This document shows positions 27,601-40,505 of a DNA stretch of 64,000 bases, piece after piece (the first letter of the stretch is position 1; every line of letters starts with the position of its first letter). The stretch is taken from the NCBI GenBank assembly GCA_025786725.1, contig JAHLTZ010000002.1, positions 1-64,000 on the forward strand. Reading direction: 5' to 3'. The DNA is from Syncephalis fuscata S228. Its lineage: Eukaryota; Fungi; Zoopagomycota. The translations under genes were made by a program, and so were the position numbers. The notes below the pieces were generated by a model. The model was not told the DNA's origin. It did not search any database and was given only the letters and a program-made list of their open reading frames with translations.

Positions 27601-29382
27601 ACTGAATCCTTCCGGTAAGCGTAATTGACTAGCAGTTGGGCTTTGAGTATGTGGATTGATATCGTAGCTATTAATAGCCGCCATACTATCTTCTGCTGAT
27701 ACGCTAGGTGTACGGGATTGTACACGCAGTTGTACCAAGTCTATACCACTTGCTAACATGCCTAGACTTTTCTTAATAACTTCAAATGATTGACTGCATA
27801 AATGATGTTCATCAGCAGCTGAATAAGGCTCAAATTTAGGCGTTGTTGCTGTAGATCGTCCACTTGGTCCACGCTCTAATGCTGGACATGGTTCTTTACT
27901 GCTTTGTTCCCATAGTCGTTCCACATCACGATCAAGTCTAAACGGTGTTCTAGGCAATGGCTTTATCGTGCGTGAACCACGAGGTGAATCTGTATCTTGT
28001 TCATCTGCATCTGTACGAGGTGAATCCCATGTAAATTCACTATTCTCTGTTGCCTTTAATCGATTGCCACCTAGGAATTGTTGTCGCAATCGATCTAATC
28101 CGCCATCTCTATGAAAATCAGTGGGTAAATCATAGGTGGCCATTTCGTTTAATTTCTTTTCAATGTTAAGCAGTTCTTTGGTTAAACCAAGATAGTTTTC
28201 CATAGTGCGGAATGTCACGCGTTGGAATCGTGTTAAAATAACTTGTACCATGTGTGCAGATGCATTGGGGAACTTTTCGGTAACACGTTTAAATGCTTCA
28301 GCTGGAATGACCGCTAAAGTAGTATCAGTAGTGGCACGGAATACAATATCTGTACGCTCAATGGCCGCTGCAGCCCGTAATTCAGCTCGTGGCGGTTTAT
28401 GACCTGTCGTGGTTGATTGCTGATCAGCTTCACTAGCGGCTATTGTTTCCTTATCAGCCAGTGACAAACTTCTTTGATGTGACCGCTGTGATGTTGGCGG
28501 TGATACATTGTCGCTCATAGTAACGGCAGCAGTTGCTTCTAAATGAACCAAGTCTGGTGACATATAAGGAAAAAGATTCTCATTATTAACTGAACCTGCC
28601 CCCAGTACTGGTCTAGGTGATGCAGATACCGTAGATAATGAGGACTGTCTTTTATGGGTATGATGCGCACTCATTGCTTGACCATACGTATAATACATTT
28701 CTTCTAATGTATCTAATCCTTCGTGTCGTACTGGTACATCTTCCGTAAATAGCGATAGAATGGTAAATAGACTCGATAATGTGCCACCTGGTCGCACTTC
28801 ATTCAACAAAGCGTGTCCAGGCAAGTTGGCATCGGCATCGCCTTCGTCGAAGCCAAAATCATACTCGCCACTCGCCGTATGGTCGGCCCGCTTAGCAAAT
28901 ACTTGAACACAGCCATCGACGACAAAGTAGAAGGACCGCTCCCGTTCGCTAACATCGGACATTGTGTCGCCGGCCAGTAAGCGCCTGGTTTGCAGGTGGC
29001 GCGCTAGCTCGTGAAATACCGGTTTCTCCAAGTAGCCAAACACGCGAATAGACGAGAGAAAGGCACTTAGAAACTCGCCTGGATAATGAGCACTCTGATC
29101 GTCGCGATCCTCGTCGGCGCTGATATCCGGCCGCAGGTCAAATGCTTGACCGCCGGTTGTCTTGGTTGTGGCATCTTTGCCGTAGCGAGAATAGACATTC
29201 AAGTAGCGATAGCGTATGAACAAGTAGCCGGTCACTACGAGAATGAGTACTGATAGAGCGAGCGATTTAAAAGTAAAGGTTAGCGTAAGCGTATAGGAAA
29301 GTATACGAAATAGCCAGGTGGGCACAGTGATGGTAGCAAAAGCTACGATACCGTAGAATACATGCCAGATTTCCGCCAACAT
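24641..29382 (-). CDS. NTE1: Lysophospholipase NTE1 / neuropathy target esterase (cNMP-binding domains plus patatin domain), multi-exon
   Basis: N-terminal TM segments, cNMP-binding-like domains, and patatin motifs GGGGARG, GTSMG and LLDGGY. Ends RRNSL* after correcting a frameshift near 24820. PolyQ tract at ~27337-27378. Confidence 0.93.
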
Positions 29383-29557
29383 GGAAAGTGGTATGGATAT
29401 ATACTGATAGCTGTAAAAGTTAAAACATAAACAAACGAAATGTTTGTAAATAAAGGTGGGAATGTTTGTTACAGTAACTTAGTAAAAGTGCGAGTGAGCA
29501 GGAATATCAAATTAATAGTGAGTGAAATAGCAGCCGGTTTATTATTCTTTTAAAGAC

Positions 29558-30922
29558 TTAGGACACGTTTAATACGGTCGATGATGATCCTAATTGACAG
29601 AGACGTGCCATGAGTCCAGTTAATTGTAAAAGTGTTTGCACACCTTCTAAGGCTTGCATGTGGGCCAGACCAATTTCCTATTTAATAATTAAATAATTAA
29701 TTAGTTAACTAACTAACTAATTAAATATTAGCTAATTAGCTAATGGCTTACTTTAATGTATTCAAGTTTGGTATATTCCTCCAGTTCATTGCTTAGTTTA
29801 GCTACTCGGAATAGCGTTGTAATAATATCTACTGAGCTATAGCCTTGTTGCCATAGATCACTGACGCCTCGTACGGCCACATCGATGTCACCTCGTTGAC
29901 AAGACAGCAAAACACGACTTACTAAAGCGGGATGTGGTTGATCGCATACTTTAAAAACGTGGTCGGCACTAATATAGCCGAATCCATAGAACGTCGATTG
30001 TAGATTATTGACCGCTTGTCGCATGTCACCTTCAGCCGAGAATATTAACGCTTCAATGCCATCAGGACTATGCGGTACCTAGTAACGACATGTGAATTAA
30101 ACCTTTCATTGCTATTGATATAGACTTACCTTTTCCATTTTACATATTTCTACTAAACGTTTAGCAAGTTCTTCATCGCTTAATTTGTCGTAACGTAACA
30201 TGGCACAACGACTCTGAATGGGCTCTATAATCTTGTTGGACATATTACAGGCCAGGGCAAAACGTGTAGTATTGCTATAGATTTCCATGGTGCGTCGCAG
30301 TGCTTGTTGAGCACCTGCTGTCATACTAATGGCCCATATTAGTAAATCGTGCCATATCATCTCTAAATGACACTACCTATCAGCCTCATCCAGTATAATA
30401 ATCTTGTGTCTTCCCACCGGTAATGTCACTTTCTTTTGAGCAAACATTTTAATACGATTCCGTACCACCTCAATACCGCTATTAATTAACGTAATAATTA
30501 GCATTAAATACCATACACTGATTTTACTATTTACCGATCATCAGAAGCATTAAGTTCTAATACTGCTTCTTTATACGCGTCACCTAGTAATTCACGGGCT
30601 AGACATAAGATACTTGTTGTTTTGCCAATACCCGGCGATCCCTAGATTCAGTTGGTAAATAGGCCGTTATAACAACAGAACAGCCTGTTATACTTACGGT
30701 TAGAATGATATTTGGCATATTGCCCTGTTGAGCTATCATTTTAAGACGCTCAACTGTTTCCTTATTGCCAACAATGTCATTTAAATAAACAGGTCGGAAT
30801 CTCTCGACCCTTAATAGACATATAAGCATATAGATACTTGTATGTATACATATCTGTATGTAGCTGTATAGTACCTACCAAGGTAATGCTGGATCCGAGT
30901 CAAGTGGCGGTGTTGCAGTCAT
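29558..30922 (-). CDS. RFC4: Replication factor C small subunit (yeast Rfc4 / human RFC2 type), multi-exon
   Basis: LPWVERFRP, Walker [30 protein letters not shown], Walker [24 protein letters not shown] and the SRC motif. Confidence 0.93.
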
Positions 30923-31169
30923 TGTGTGTAGACTTACGCGTATATAAAATAATAATAAAAAAAGAAAATAATGATTGATTGTCACAATAAATAATACATA
31001 ACTACTTAATAGTCTTTTACCATTTTATTTAACATTCTAATTTGCTGATGGCAAATATTTCAGCTATAATGATTATACTATTTGGTTTGAAATGTTCAAT
31101 TGCTAATTAGAAAGTCTTAATTACACTATACACTTTAAATGCCAAATAACAACGTTTAATTAAATGGAT

Positions 31170-32232
31170 TTAAACAGTACACATCTTAAGTGTACCAACA
31201 AGACCAGAGATAGCCGCGGCTATTTGTGCACATTCACTAGGTGATTCGCATTGCTCTAGTTGCGGTAATAGTCGACCAAGCGCAACCTTTACCGATTGAC
31301 GTGTCTTTAGCAGTATTTCTTTATCGTTTAGCGAAGTGAATTCCACCAAAGATGGCGATTCAAGTTCACTTTGCGCATGTACTCGGCTTTTCTGTTTAAG
31401 TGGGTCGATTCTACAATGGTACTATCTGACAACAATCGTTTCTATTCAAAGTATTAAATGGTGTTCTATAACTATAAAGTACTTACTGTTAAATTGACAG
31501 CATTTAACGATGGCCCATTTGAAGTGTTATTAATGTCATTATTACTAGTATTCAATATTGGTTCATTAACAGTTTGTGTATTGACAGGTGGTGGTGCTAT
31601 TTTGTTTGTAATGTTATAGCATGACACACAATGCAGTTGACCACTTGTGTCCTTCATTAATGGTACCTTTATATTCGGTATTAATTACTGAATTCTATTA
31701 ATACATATTATAGTAACTTACACCAACACATCCATCCATACTACAAGCCATCTCCATTAATGTCCAGCCTTGAAGCATTTTCTCGCCTAGTAAACGAGAA
31801 ATATCGTCACGTCGAGCACGACTTAATGGCTGTGTCGCTTCTTTAACGTTTATTGGTTGCGCGTCCTTAGTATTCTCGGTCTCTTTTGTAACTCAATCTT
31901 ATTTGTTGTTGTTGTTGTTGCCATTTCTTTAATAGTATTTGGTAGGATACGAGGCTTAAGCAAACCACCGTTGCTAATGATCTTTGCCTCGTCGCATATA
32001 ACACACCAATTCTCTGTTCTGCCCTTCAAACGCATTCTAGGAGCCTTTTGACCATCAATAAAGTGTTACTTTGTTTATTTCACTCACTGTGTGTGTTGCT
32101 GCAAAACAGGTATCATTCGTCATAATCTATTTAATATTAGTCAACGATATTATGCCATATAGCTTGGCCTACCCATCCTTTCAGCATAAGATCAGAAAGC
32201 CTTTCAAGTGCTACGTTGTTATCGGTTTCCAT
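31170..32232 (-). CDS. Autoantigen p27 (SSSCA1/ZNRD2)-like protein with two zinc-ribbon repeats, multi-exon
   Basis: Two repeats of the (D/E)xMLxGWxxxxxxC...PxM...CxxC pattern (LSDLMLKGW...WCVIC; GEKMLQGWTLMEMAC...VPLMKD...HCVSC) and a helical C-terminus. Confidence 0.75.
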
Positions 32233-32321
32233 CGTTAATTTTGTTTACAAAAAGAGAAAATAGAAGAAGCTGATTTATTTCTATTTGTTCTCTCAACTTT
32301 TCCACCTGTCTGCGTCCCACG

Positions 32322-33142
32322 ATGTATACGCTGTTTAGTGGGCTGTATGCTCATTTAACTCAGAAAGAAGAATACAATGTTATTATTCTTGGCCTGGATA
32401 ATGCAGGCAAAACGGTAACTATTACAAGTAGGCTTTGTTTTCAACTCATCATGCGTGGTAGACACTTTTAGAGCAGATTAAGCAAATCTATTTGGGCATA
32501 AGAGGTTTGCCGCCCGAGAAGATTACGCCTACCGTTGGCATGAATAGTAAGATATAGTCTGCAAACTGTACAAACAAGTAATAATGCTATGCACTCTAGT
32601 TGGTAAAGTAGAAGTGCTTCGGTCTCGTATCAATTTTTGGGATTTAGGCGGACAAGATGCCCTACGCACACTATGGGACAAATACTACGATGAATGCCAT
32701 GGTATTGTTTTTGTTATTGATAGCGCAGATGGTATGCGGTTAGATCAATGTCGTGAAACATTTGGTAAGTATAGCGATGTAAGTAGCCATTAACAAGTAG
32801 CATTAACAAGTTATACAGAACAAATGGTAATGAACGATAGCGTCGAGGGTGTTCCTGTAGTTATGCTGGCCAATAAACAGGACACAGATGAAGCTATGCG
32901 CGTAGAAGATATTAAAGAGGTGTTCAATCGGATTGCTCTACAACTGGGTGCCCGTGATAGCCGTGTGCTACCCATCTCTGCGTTAAAAGGGCAAGTATAA
33001 CTAACTAGAATGGCAATTGTATGCGACGATACTTATTATATATATATATGCATATAGAGAGGGCGTTCAAGATGCAATTGAGTGGCTTGTAGTACGCATG
33101 CATCGTAATAAAGAAGACCGCCCACCTGTATTTCGTCAATAA
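32322..33142 (+). CDS. ARL3: ARF-related GTPase Arl3/ARFRP1. Five exons; last intron is GC-AG (32991-33057).
   Basis: MYTLFSGLY N-terminus (no Gly2), GLDNAGKT, PTVG, WDLGGQ, NKQD, SALKG and a C-terminal RPP. Confidence 0.92.
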
Positions 33143-33182
33143 ATAACACATGTGTATTCATAATAAACAGTAAAAACAGAAT

Positions 33183-33814
33183 TTAATGTTTTTCAAGCTG
33201 ATGGATTTTAGCAACACGAACAGCATGTTGTTTGCCTTCAAATGCAGTTGTCAAAAAGACATCAACAATGTCTTTAGCCACTTCAACACCAGTAGTACGG
33301 CCACCCAAAGCGAGTATATTGGCATCGTTATGCTAAATAAATGATATTGGCGTTGTGGTATATATATATTGTATTTATTTTACTTACTTTGCGTGTCATC
33401 AAAGCATCATAATGGTCGTGGCACAGTCCACAGCGAATGTTATTGATCTTGTTGGCCGCAATAGAAATACCGATGCCAGAGCCGCAGACAAGAATGCCTG
33501 CATTTTTGGGACCATCTGTGGGCTCCAAGACCTTTTCAGCTACAAGTGGAGCATAGTCGGGATAGTCGACCTATTCAGCGTGCGGTCAGGATTGTTTAGC
33601 TATTTAAACTGCTATTAATACTTACACGCTCCTTGGAGTGGCAACCAACGTCAACAACGTTTTTGTTCTGCGAACGAAGGTACTCGATTATCTCAAGTTT
33701 AAGATCGTAACCTATGACGTATGCATTAGAATTGTTTGTTGATTTGTTGGCATTTTATATACCGGCGTGGTCGGATCCAATGTAAACGCTGCTATTAGCA
33801 TAAGTTTCGGCCAT
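33183..33814 (-). CDS. rpiB: Ribose-5-phosphate isomerase B (RpiB/LacA-LacB family), 4 exons
   Basis: Spliced motifs [37 protein letters not shown] and [10 protein letters not shown]. Confidence 0.92.
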
Positions 33815-34100
33815 TGTAATGACGGTTTGTTGTTTACTACTATTGGCGTGCAAAATACTGAATATGGCAACTATCGCGAGAGAAAGAGGTAGCTAGGCAA
33901 TATATAATCTGAAATCTATAAAGATCAATTGATCAAATAGATTAAATTCAACTGTTATCTATTATTAGTGATATACATATATGTATATATATACGTTTGA
34001 CAGCCACATGTGTTACTACTGTTTTATTCTATTTTATTATTGTTACAAGTGGACAATAAATTAACTAAATATAAACTGCAATATATTAACATTGGCAATA

Positions 34101-35180
34101 TTATTTATTTCTACCACAAAATAGGGTCTTTAGTGTGTGATAAAAGTTGTAATGGCAGCTATAAATACAGCTTGGTTCATCTTTGTCATCTGAAGCCAAT
34201 GCTGATCTGTTCATAGTGTCGCGCTCCACATTAGTGTTTGTAGGGGCAACAGCAGTTCGTAGCTGATTGCGTCTCAAACTGCTGTTTCTTTCGTTAACAG
34301 TTGGAAGTGCAGCAATAGTGGCTAAGCTAGGATTGGGCGCCACCATGGGTCGTCGAATATACTGGGCTACGCGAAACACATTGCTGTTATTACTGTTACT
34401 ATTGCCATTGCCGTTGTTGTTGTTGTTGTTGGTAGTGGTGGTAGTGATGGTGGGTGCTGCATTCGTGGCTTCTGATGAATGATATGCATTAGCTGTTGGT
34501 GCTGAATTTTGCTGTGCTTGTAATCTAGTCGTGGCTGTACGTCTTGAGTTGCCAAAAATAGACTCATTTGTAGCAGCTGGGGCCGACTTGATAGTAGTAT
34601 GTACCGGGCCATTGGCTCGTGTAGTAGCTGCGATACCTGTCTGAACAGTAGGCACAGCACCTACTATCATTGGTGATACTGGATCATATACAAGCCGATT
34701 TGAATTGGATGTAGTACCGGTTGCGGGATTAGTCGATGTGGATGTCGCTAATGCCCCACCAAACAGTTTACGCTTAGGCGGCTCAAGTGGTGCACAAATG
34801 ACTTCATTTGGGCTAAGAGCCACTGGAATGGTTACAGAAGAGAATGATGATAAAGCAATTGATGCTGGCCGCTGGTCTGAAGTGCCTATAGCTGTAGCAT
34901 GACCGCTTTGTAGAGTTTGACAGGCTGCTGTAGATGCCAATGTTGCTTTATTATTTCCTGCATTGTTATCGTGATGCAGGCTAATAGGCATGTGCTGCTG
35001 TTGATTGTGGTCAGTAGATGGTGATGGGGATTCACTGGCATTCCGAGCGTAATCACGGCCGGTATTATCGGCATCGGTTAGTATACTGGGTTTATTTGTT
35101 TCCAGACAGCTCGATTCGGATGTAGTCGGCGTTTCTTTTTCCGCATAGTTGCGACGAGATGATGAGCGCAACGGATGCAT
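34101..35180 (-). CDS. Low-complexity S/T/A/N-rich hypothetical protein
   Basis: 359-aa ATG-initiated ORF with coding-like GC content against AT-rich flanks. No recognisable domain. Confidence 0.6.
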   Translation of the reverse strand: MHPLRSSSRRNYAEKETPTTSESSCLETNKPSILTDADNTGRDYARNASESPSPSTDHNQQQHMPISLHHDNNAGNNKATLASTAACQTLQSGHATAIGTSDQRPASIALSSFSSVTIPVALSPNEVICAPLEPPKRKLFGGALATSTSTNPATGTTSNSNRLVYDPVSPMIVGAVPTVQTGIAATTRANGPVHTTIKSAPAATNESIFGNSRRTATTRLQAQQNSAPTANAYHSSEATNAAPTITTTTTNNNNNNGNGNSNSNNSNVFRVAQYIRRPMVAPNPSLATIAALPTVNERNSSLRRNQLRTAVAPTNTNVERDTMNRSALASDDKDEPSCIYSCHYNFYHTLKTLFCGRNK

Positions 35181-36519
35181 AATAACAACAGCTTGATCAA
35201 TACTGATTTAGACAATAACAACACGGGTCACAATAGATATGGCTTAAAACAGTTGATAGCCAACGGTAACGTCACGTCCAGCGTGAGTTCAACAAACACA
35301 CAGAATAAAATGCAACTGATAATTTAATGCCACAATAGTAGCTGGTACGTGCCAGCACGTAGTGCAAAATAATGCTCAAAATACAATGCTAAAAATGATG
35401 TACACAAACAATTCATGTACAGACGACACGAGCAAAATATGGATATACGAAGAAGATGAAGTGGTAAAAGTTGGGCACGGCGTTCTGCAGGCCGTTGATT
35501 ATATGAATAAGCTGGCAGCCTATGCTGCACGCATACTCTCTTGCATATGGAGGTGCACAATGTTCCACAGCGTGTAGTACAACTACAGCTAGGGGACAAA
35601 TCTACTTAAAACCTGTTTGGGAGGTGGCGTGACTTGGTAATTCAACACTCAGTTACTTTGTCCTAATAAAAACAGTTGCAATTGATTTTTATTGTTCTAA
35701 GTAGCTTATTGAAATCACAGCCGGTTATTAATACTACACTTATCGTTATTGTCTTAGCTGGATAGACCAAATACACCTGGATTTTTATTGAAGTCTAATT
35801 GGCTAATATGGCACTTTATTGTGCTGTATTTAAAATTATATATTTGTATAGCCTATGATTGAGCAGCTTCCGTTATTCGTGAGCAGCAAAAAGCTATTTT
35901 ACTATTAATAGAAGTCAATTTACCTGATATGTGCATATCAATAAAAATGTCGAAAATCAACTGTACGTAAACATCAATCCCAAGTTTATTATTTTTTCTA
36001 TAGTAAGTATCCTCGGCTAAATATTCCTCCATGGCAATTTTGCTTGTAGCCACCATCAAGCTATGCGAAATATATTATTATACAGATTTAGTAATTACCA
36101 TCTATAAAGCCATGCGGAAGGCTAACAAAAAATACTCGACATAATGGGACGACAATAATGCCAAGTAATCGCTTTTGATGCGTATGAATAAAAAATATCT
36201 ATTAAATTTTCACATAAATTTATTTATATACAAATTAGTAAATACATTATCTAGCATTTCACATCGTGTAATTTTGATTGGCTTTCAAATAACCATTTGA
36301 TTGTTAAGCAGCTTTATCCTGATTTGGTGTAATTGCTGTCCAAAGTCTAATTTGGTAAAAACAATACACAAACAATTTTTTGGACAGTCGGATCATGAGA
36401 ATTAAATTTAATTGCTAATTCTTGGCATAATTCAATATCAAAAATATTTTCTGTCATGTACAACTTACGGTAAATTGCCAATAATTACATTTATTAAACT
36501 GTAGTAATTATTGACTGGA

Positions 36520-36760
36520 TAGCACTGGAGAGAATAGTGTGAGCATAAACGGGATAATGTTTATTAAATGTGGTATTGTTAAGCTATCTTATAGCTGTGA
36601 TATATGTTAATAAATGTATTACCAATGTTAAATGTATGATTTCCATATTAGGAAATAGGTAAGGAATTGTCGGGATCGTCAGGGATCATATTGATGTTAG
36701 TTATAGAAGTGTAGTGAAGGTGGTGTGACTAACATTGCTATAATTCTAACAAATAATATT
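36520..36760. repeat. ~240-bp repeat inserted upstream of subtilisin copy 1 (second copy at ~40258-40505)
   Basis: Shared GCACTGGAGA...GTATTGTTAAGCTATCTTATA.CTGTGATATATGTTAATAAATGTATT...GTGGTGTGACTAA. Absent from the homologous upstream region of copy 2 (~42275). Confidence 0.8.
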
Positions 36761-37158
36761 TAGCTTTATATGTTGTACTTCAATGTATCTAGCAATAAAT
36801 TAATTTTACAATAGCACAATAGCATAATATTATAATAATTGCAATTAAAGTTTATATTGAATAAAATTTAACACCAACGAGTTATAATGTTTAGACTGCA
36901 AATGTGCCATTATTTTCCCAAACCATTTAATCGGCGTTTTATCGGAGTAAATAATAATGATCTTTTCTAATACATACCTGTTACCCCAATAAAAATTTAT
37001 AAAAAATTTATAACTTCCGTTTATTAGTGTTCTACAGCTACATAAACAGGCGTTGTAAACTACAGCTGTTCGATCTGTGTCATCTATCTAATAGCCCATC
37101 CATTCTATCCAATAGCCCATTTTTAATACTTGTGTATAGTTTATATTTAATTATTATA

Positions 37159-40094
37159 ATGCTTGTCCCAAAGCTTGCCTCTTTTTCGGCAATTATTATT
37201 GCTACCGTTGCCGCAAATGCTGCTCTAAGCGATGCTGCAAAAAATGGTTTCCGCTTTCCATTTAGTCCACTTCAACATAAGAAAACTCAATCCAATGCCA
37301 TCACTCGTCGTGATTCGTCTTATCTGTTACATAGGCTTATAGCCCGTGCCGACAATACCACATCAGCTGGAACTCCTGTATATGGCTACTTGCCCACCAC
37401 TTACATTTTCGAACTCGATGCCGCACCTGGTACTAGCGCAGCTACTAGTCAGCAAGCTGCTTTTGTTGCCTACGCTCAACAAAAGTTAAATGTTCAAATC
37501 CGCCAAAACTTCAATTTGCTTTTCAACGCTGTCTCATTGGATATTCTCGACGATGGTGAATGGGGCCTTAATTCGATTACCAACTTTTCTGGCATCAAGA
37601 GTGTCCGGCCAATTGGTGGTGGCACCAGACATGCACCAGTAGCTTACGCCATTGGTGCCGAGGCCGTAGTCTTGCGCCGTCGCCAGTCCGTTACTAATAC
37701 ACCTGATCCAAATGCCGGAAAAGGCATTAAAGTCGGTATCATTGATTCTGGTATCGACTACACACATCCCGCTCTTGGTGGCTGCTTTGGTGCTGGCTGT
37801 AAAGTAGCCTATGGCTGGGACTTTGTCGGTGATGCCTACACCGGTGCTGACTATCCTGCTCCAGGATGGAAACCCGTTCCAGATAGCGACCCGCTTGATA
37901 CTTGCAACGGCCATGGCACTCACGTTGCAGGTCTTGTTGCAGCCAGCTCTGATCTGGTTACCGGTAATGCTCCTGCCGCCACACTTGGTGCTTACCGTGT
38001 CTTTGGCTGCACTGGAAGTGTGGCCATGGATATTCTTGTAAGCGCTATGGAGCGTGCCGCTTCCGATGGTATGGACGTTGTCAATATTTCCATTGGTACC
38101 GGCAAATTTTATACGGACTATGCTGATGCCGACGCTGCACAACGGTTGACTGCTCGTGGTATTGTTGTAGTCGCATCAGCCGGTAATGACGGTCTTGGTG
38201 GATTGACCACACTATCTAGCCCCGGTGTTGCACCAGGTGTAATTTCTGTTGGCTCTATGGGAAGACCGAAATTGAGTTCATTTTCATTTAATTTAGATAG
38301 TGATGGCACTGATGTATATTACTTGTCGGCAAATCAAACTGCCGTGCCTGCCATTACTTTCAAGACAATCAAACGCGTGGAAAAGAATAACACTGATGGC
38401 TGTGCACCTTATGGCATTGGTTACAGCGGCAAGTTTGTAGTGCTTGACCGTGGTAACTGTACCTTTACACAAAAGGCCCTTAATGCACAAAACGTCAAAG
38501 CTCTTGGTATTATAGTTGTTAATGATTCTGATGATCTCAACTTCCCAGTTGTCGATGCACCTGTAAATATTCACGTTCTTATCATTGGCTACACTCAAGG
38601 ACAAAATCTCTACAAGTTATTGCCAACTACCAATGATGCCATTACTGTCAAATGGACTCAAACTGTCACACAATATGATGCTGCTTACAATAGCTATCAA
38701 TGGTCAGAATTCAGCTCCAATGGTCCAGTTGCTGACATTACCAATATCAAGCCAGAAGTTACTTCATTTGGTGAAACAGTCTTTAGTACATATCTCACCA
38801 AACTTGGTTCGTACGCTATTTTAAGCGGAACCAGTATGGCATCTCCACAGGTTGCTGGTTTGGCTGCCGCAGCAATCCAACGACTTGGATCGACTATATC
38901 TGCCACTGAACGCCCTGAAGCTGTTCGTCGTTTGCTTATGCAAACATCAGTTGCGCAGACATCACCTGAACTTGAAGATATGACTACAAACAAAAATACA
39001 TACACCTCTCCCATTATATCCGCCGGTGCTGGTATTGCTCGTCTAGTGGATTCAAGCGAGACAAACTGGGGACTTCATCCTTTGTCAGCTGGATTCCGCG
39101 GCTCAGATAGTGGTGGCTCTAGCGCTGCATACACATTTGATGTAACTCTTACTGGTGACATTCCTCCTGGCACTATCGCTTTCAAACATAAACCAGGATG
39201 GGGTGTATCCAGCTGGGAGAATCGTAAACATGATTACTATGTTATCGATGGTGCATTAAGCACGTTCCTGCTAATCCATCTAAGATTACTATTACCAGCG
39301 CGAGCACAATTAAAAACATCAACACACGCCGCACAGAAAAGACCAGCATTACCATCTATCCTCCATACCAAGCTAATGCCACCTACTATATGGTGTTTAA
39401 TGGTCTTGTTGAAGCGATACATACTGATGCTAAAACCGGCAAACAAACCATCCGCCATATTCCATACCAGACGACCCGCGGTGCTCAACGTGTCCTTGGT
39501 CCACTTCGTCGCGATGATGCCTACCTAGACTCGACTATATGGATGCTAATGGTAATCTTTTCAATAGCACTCAAGACCCGCCTTGTAACTGCTGCTGGGG
39601 ATTATGTAGCCGTACGTTTCCGTCTCGACACACCATCACCATGGGCTCTTGTTGCAGTCGAAGATCTCAACGGTAACATTATTGGTATGGCCTACGACGC
39701 CAATGGTGGGCCATTAGCTGCCACTAAGGATGATCCTAATGACGATACATGGTGCTACTGGAATGGTTTAATCCAGCCAATGCCTAGCTTCAACCAGCCA
39801 GGAACTAGCATCACCCCTGTTCAGGATGGGCAGTACAAACTGCGCTTGTTTACCTATCGTCCATACTCACCAGATGGTTCGCTTAACGATCGCTCATCAT
39901 ACGACACATGGCTTTCTCCAGTTGTTACCGTCACGGGAATTGCCGCACTTTACGGTGCATCTGCCCAAAGCCAAGGAATTTCCACCCAAACCACCGGCAA
40001 GTCTACCTCGGTCATGACCAAGCTTTCTGCTACAGGTGCAGATATGAGAATACAATCAGGCACAATGCAATTGATGTACAAGATTACCCAGTAG
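37159..40094 (+). CDS. Secreted S8 subtilisin-like serine protease with PA domain, copy 1 (~979 aa after restoring four 1-nt deletions at ~39267, 39524, 39571, 39575)
   Basis: Signal peptide, propeptide, IIDSGID (Asp), HGTHVAG (His), SAGNDG, PA insert (LDRGNCTFTQKALNAQ) and GTSMASP (Ser). Deletions are defined by alignment to copy 2. Confidence 0.92.
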
Positions 40095-40257
40095 CGTGCT
40101 TGTTTAATGGAACAATAAATAACGTTAATTGTTCGCTATATTTTATTATTTTCTTAATTGTAAACATTTAGTGTATATTGAATGGTTTAATTGTCATTTT
40201 GTTTTGTTTATTAAATCTAATGTGTAACCTTTATGATAAAATGGCTTAAATTAAATG

Positions 40258-40505
40258 GCACTGGAGAAAATAATGGGAGTATGAACGAAATAATGTTTAT
40301 TAAAATACATGTATTGTTAAGCTATCTTATAACTGTGATATATGTTAATAAATGTATTAAAAATGTTAAATGTATGATTTCCATATTAGAAAATAATCAA
40401 GGGGTTGTCAGGGACCATCAGGGACCATCAATTACATATTAATGTTATTTATAAAAATGCAATGAAAGTGGTGTGACTAATACTGCTATAGTTTTAGCAA
40501 ATAAT
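40258..40505. repeat. Second copy of the ~240-bp repeat
   Basis: Collinear match to 36520-36760. Confidence 0.8.
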
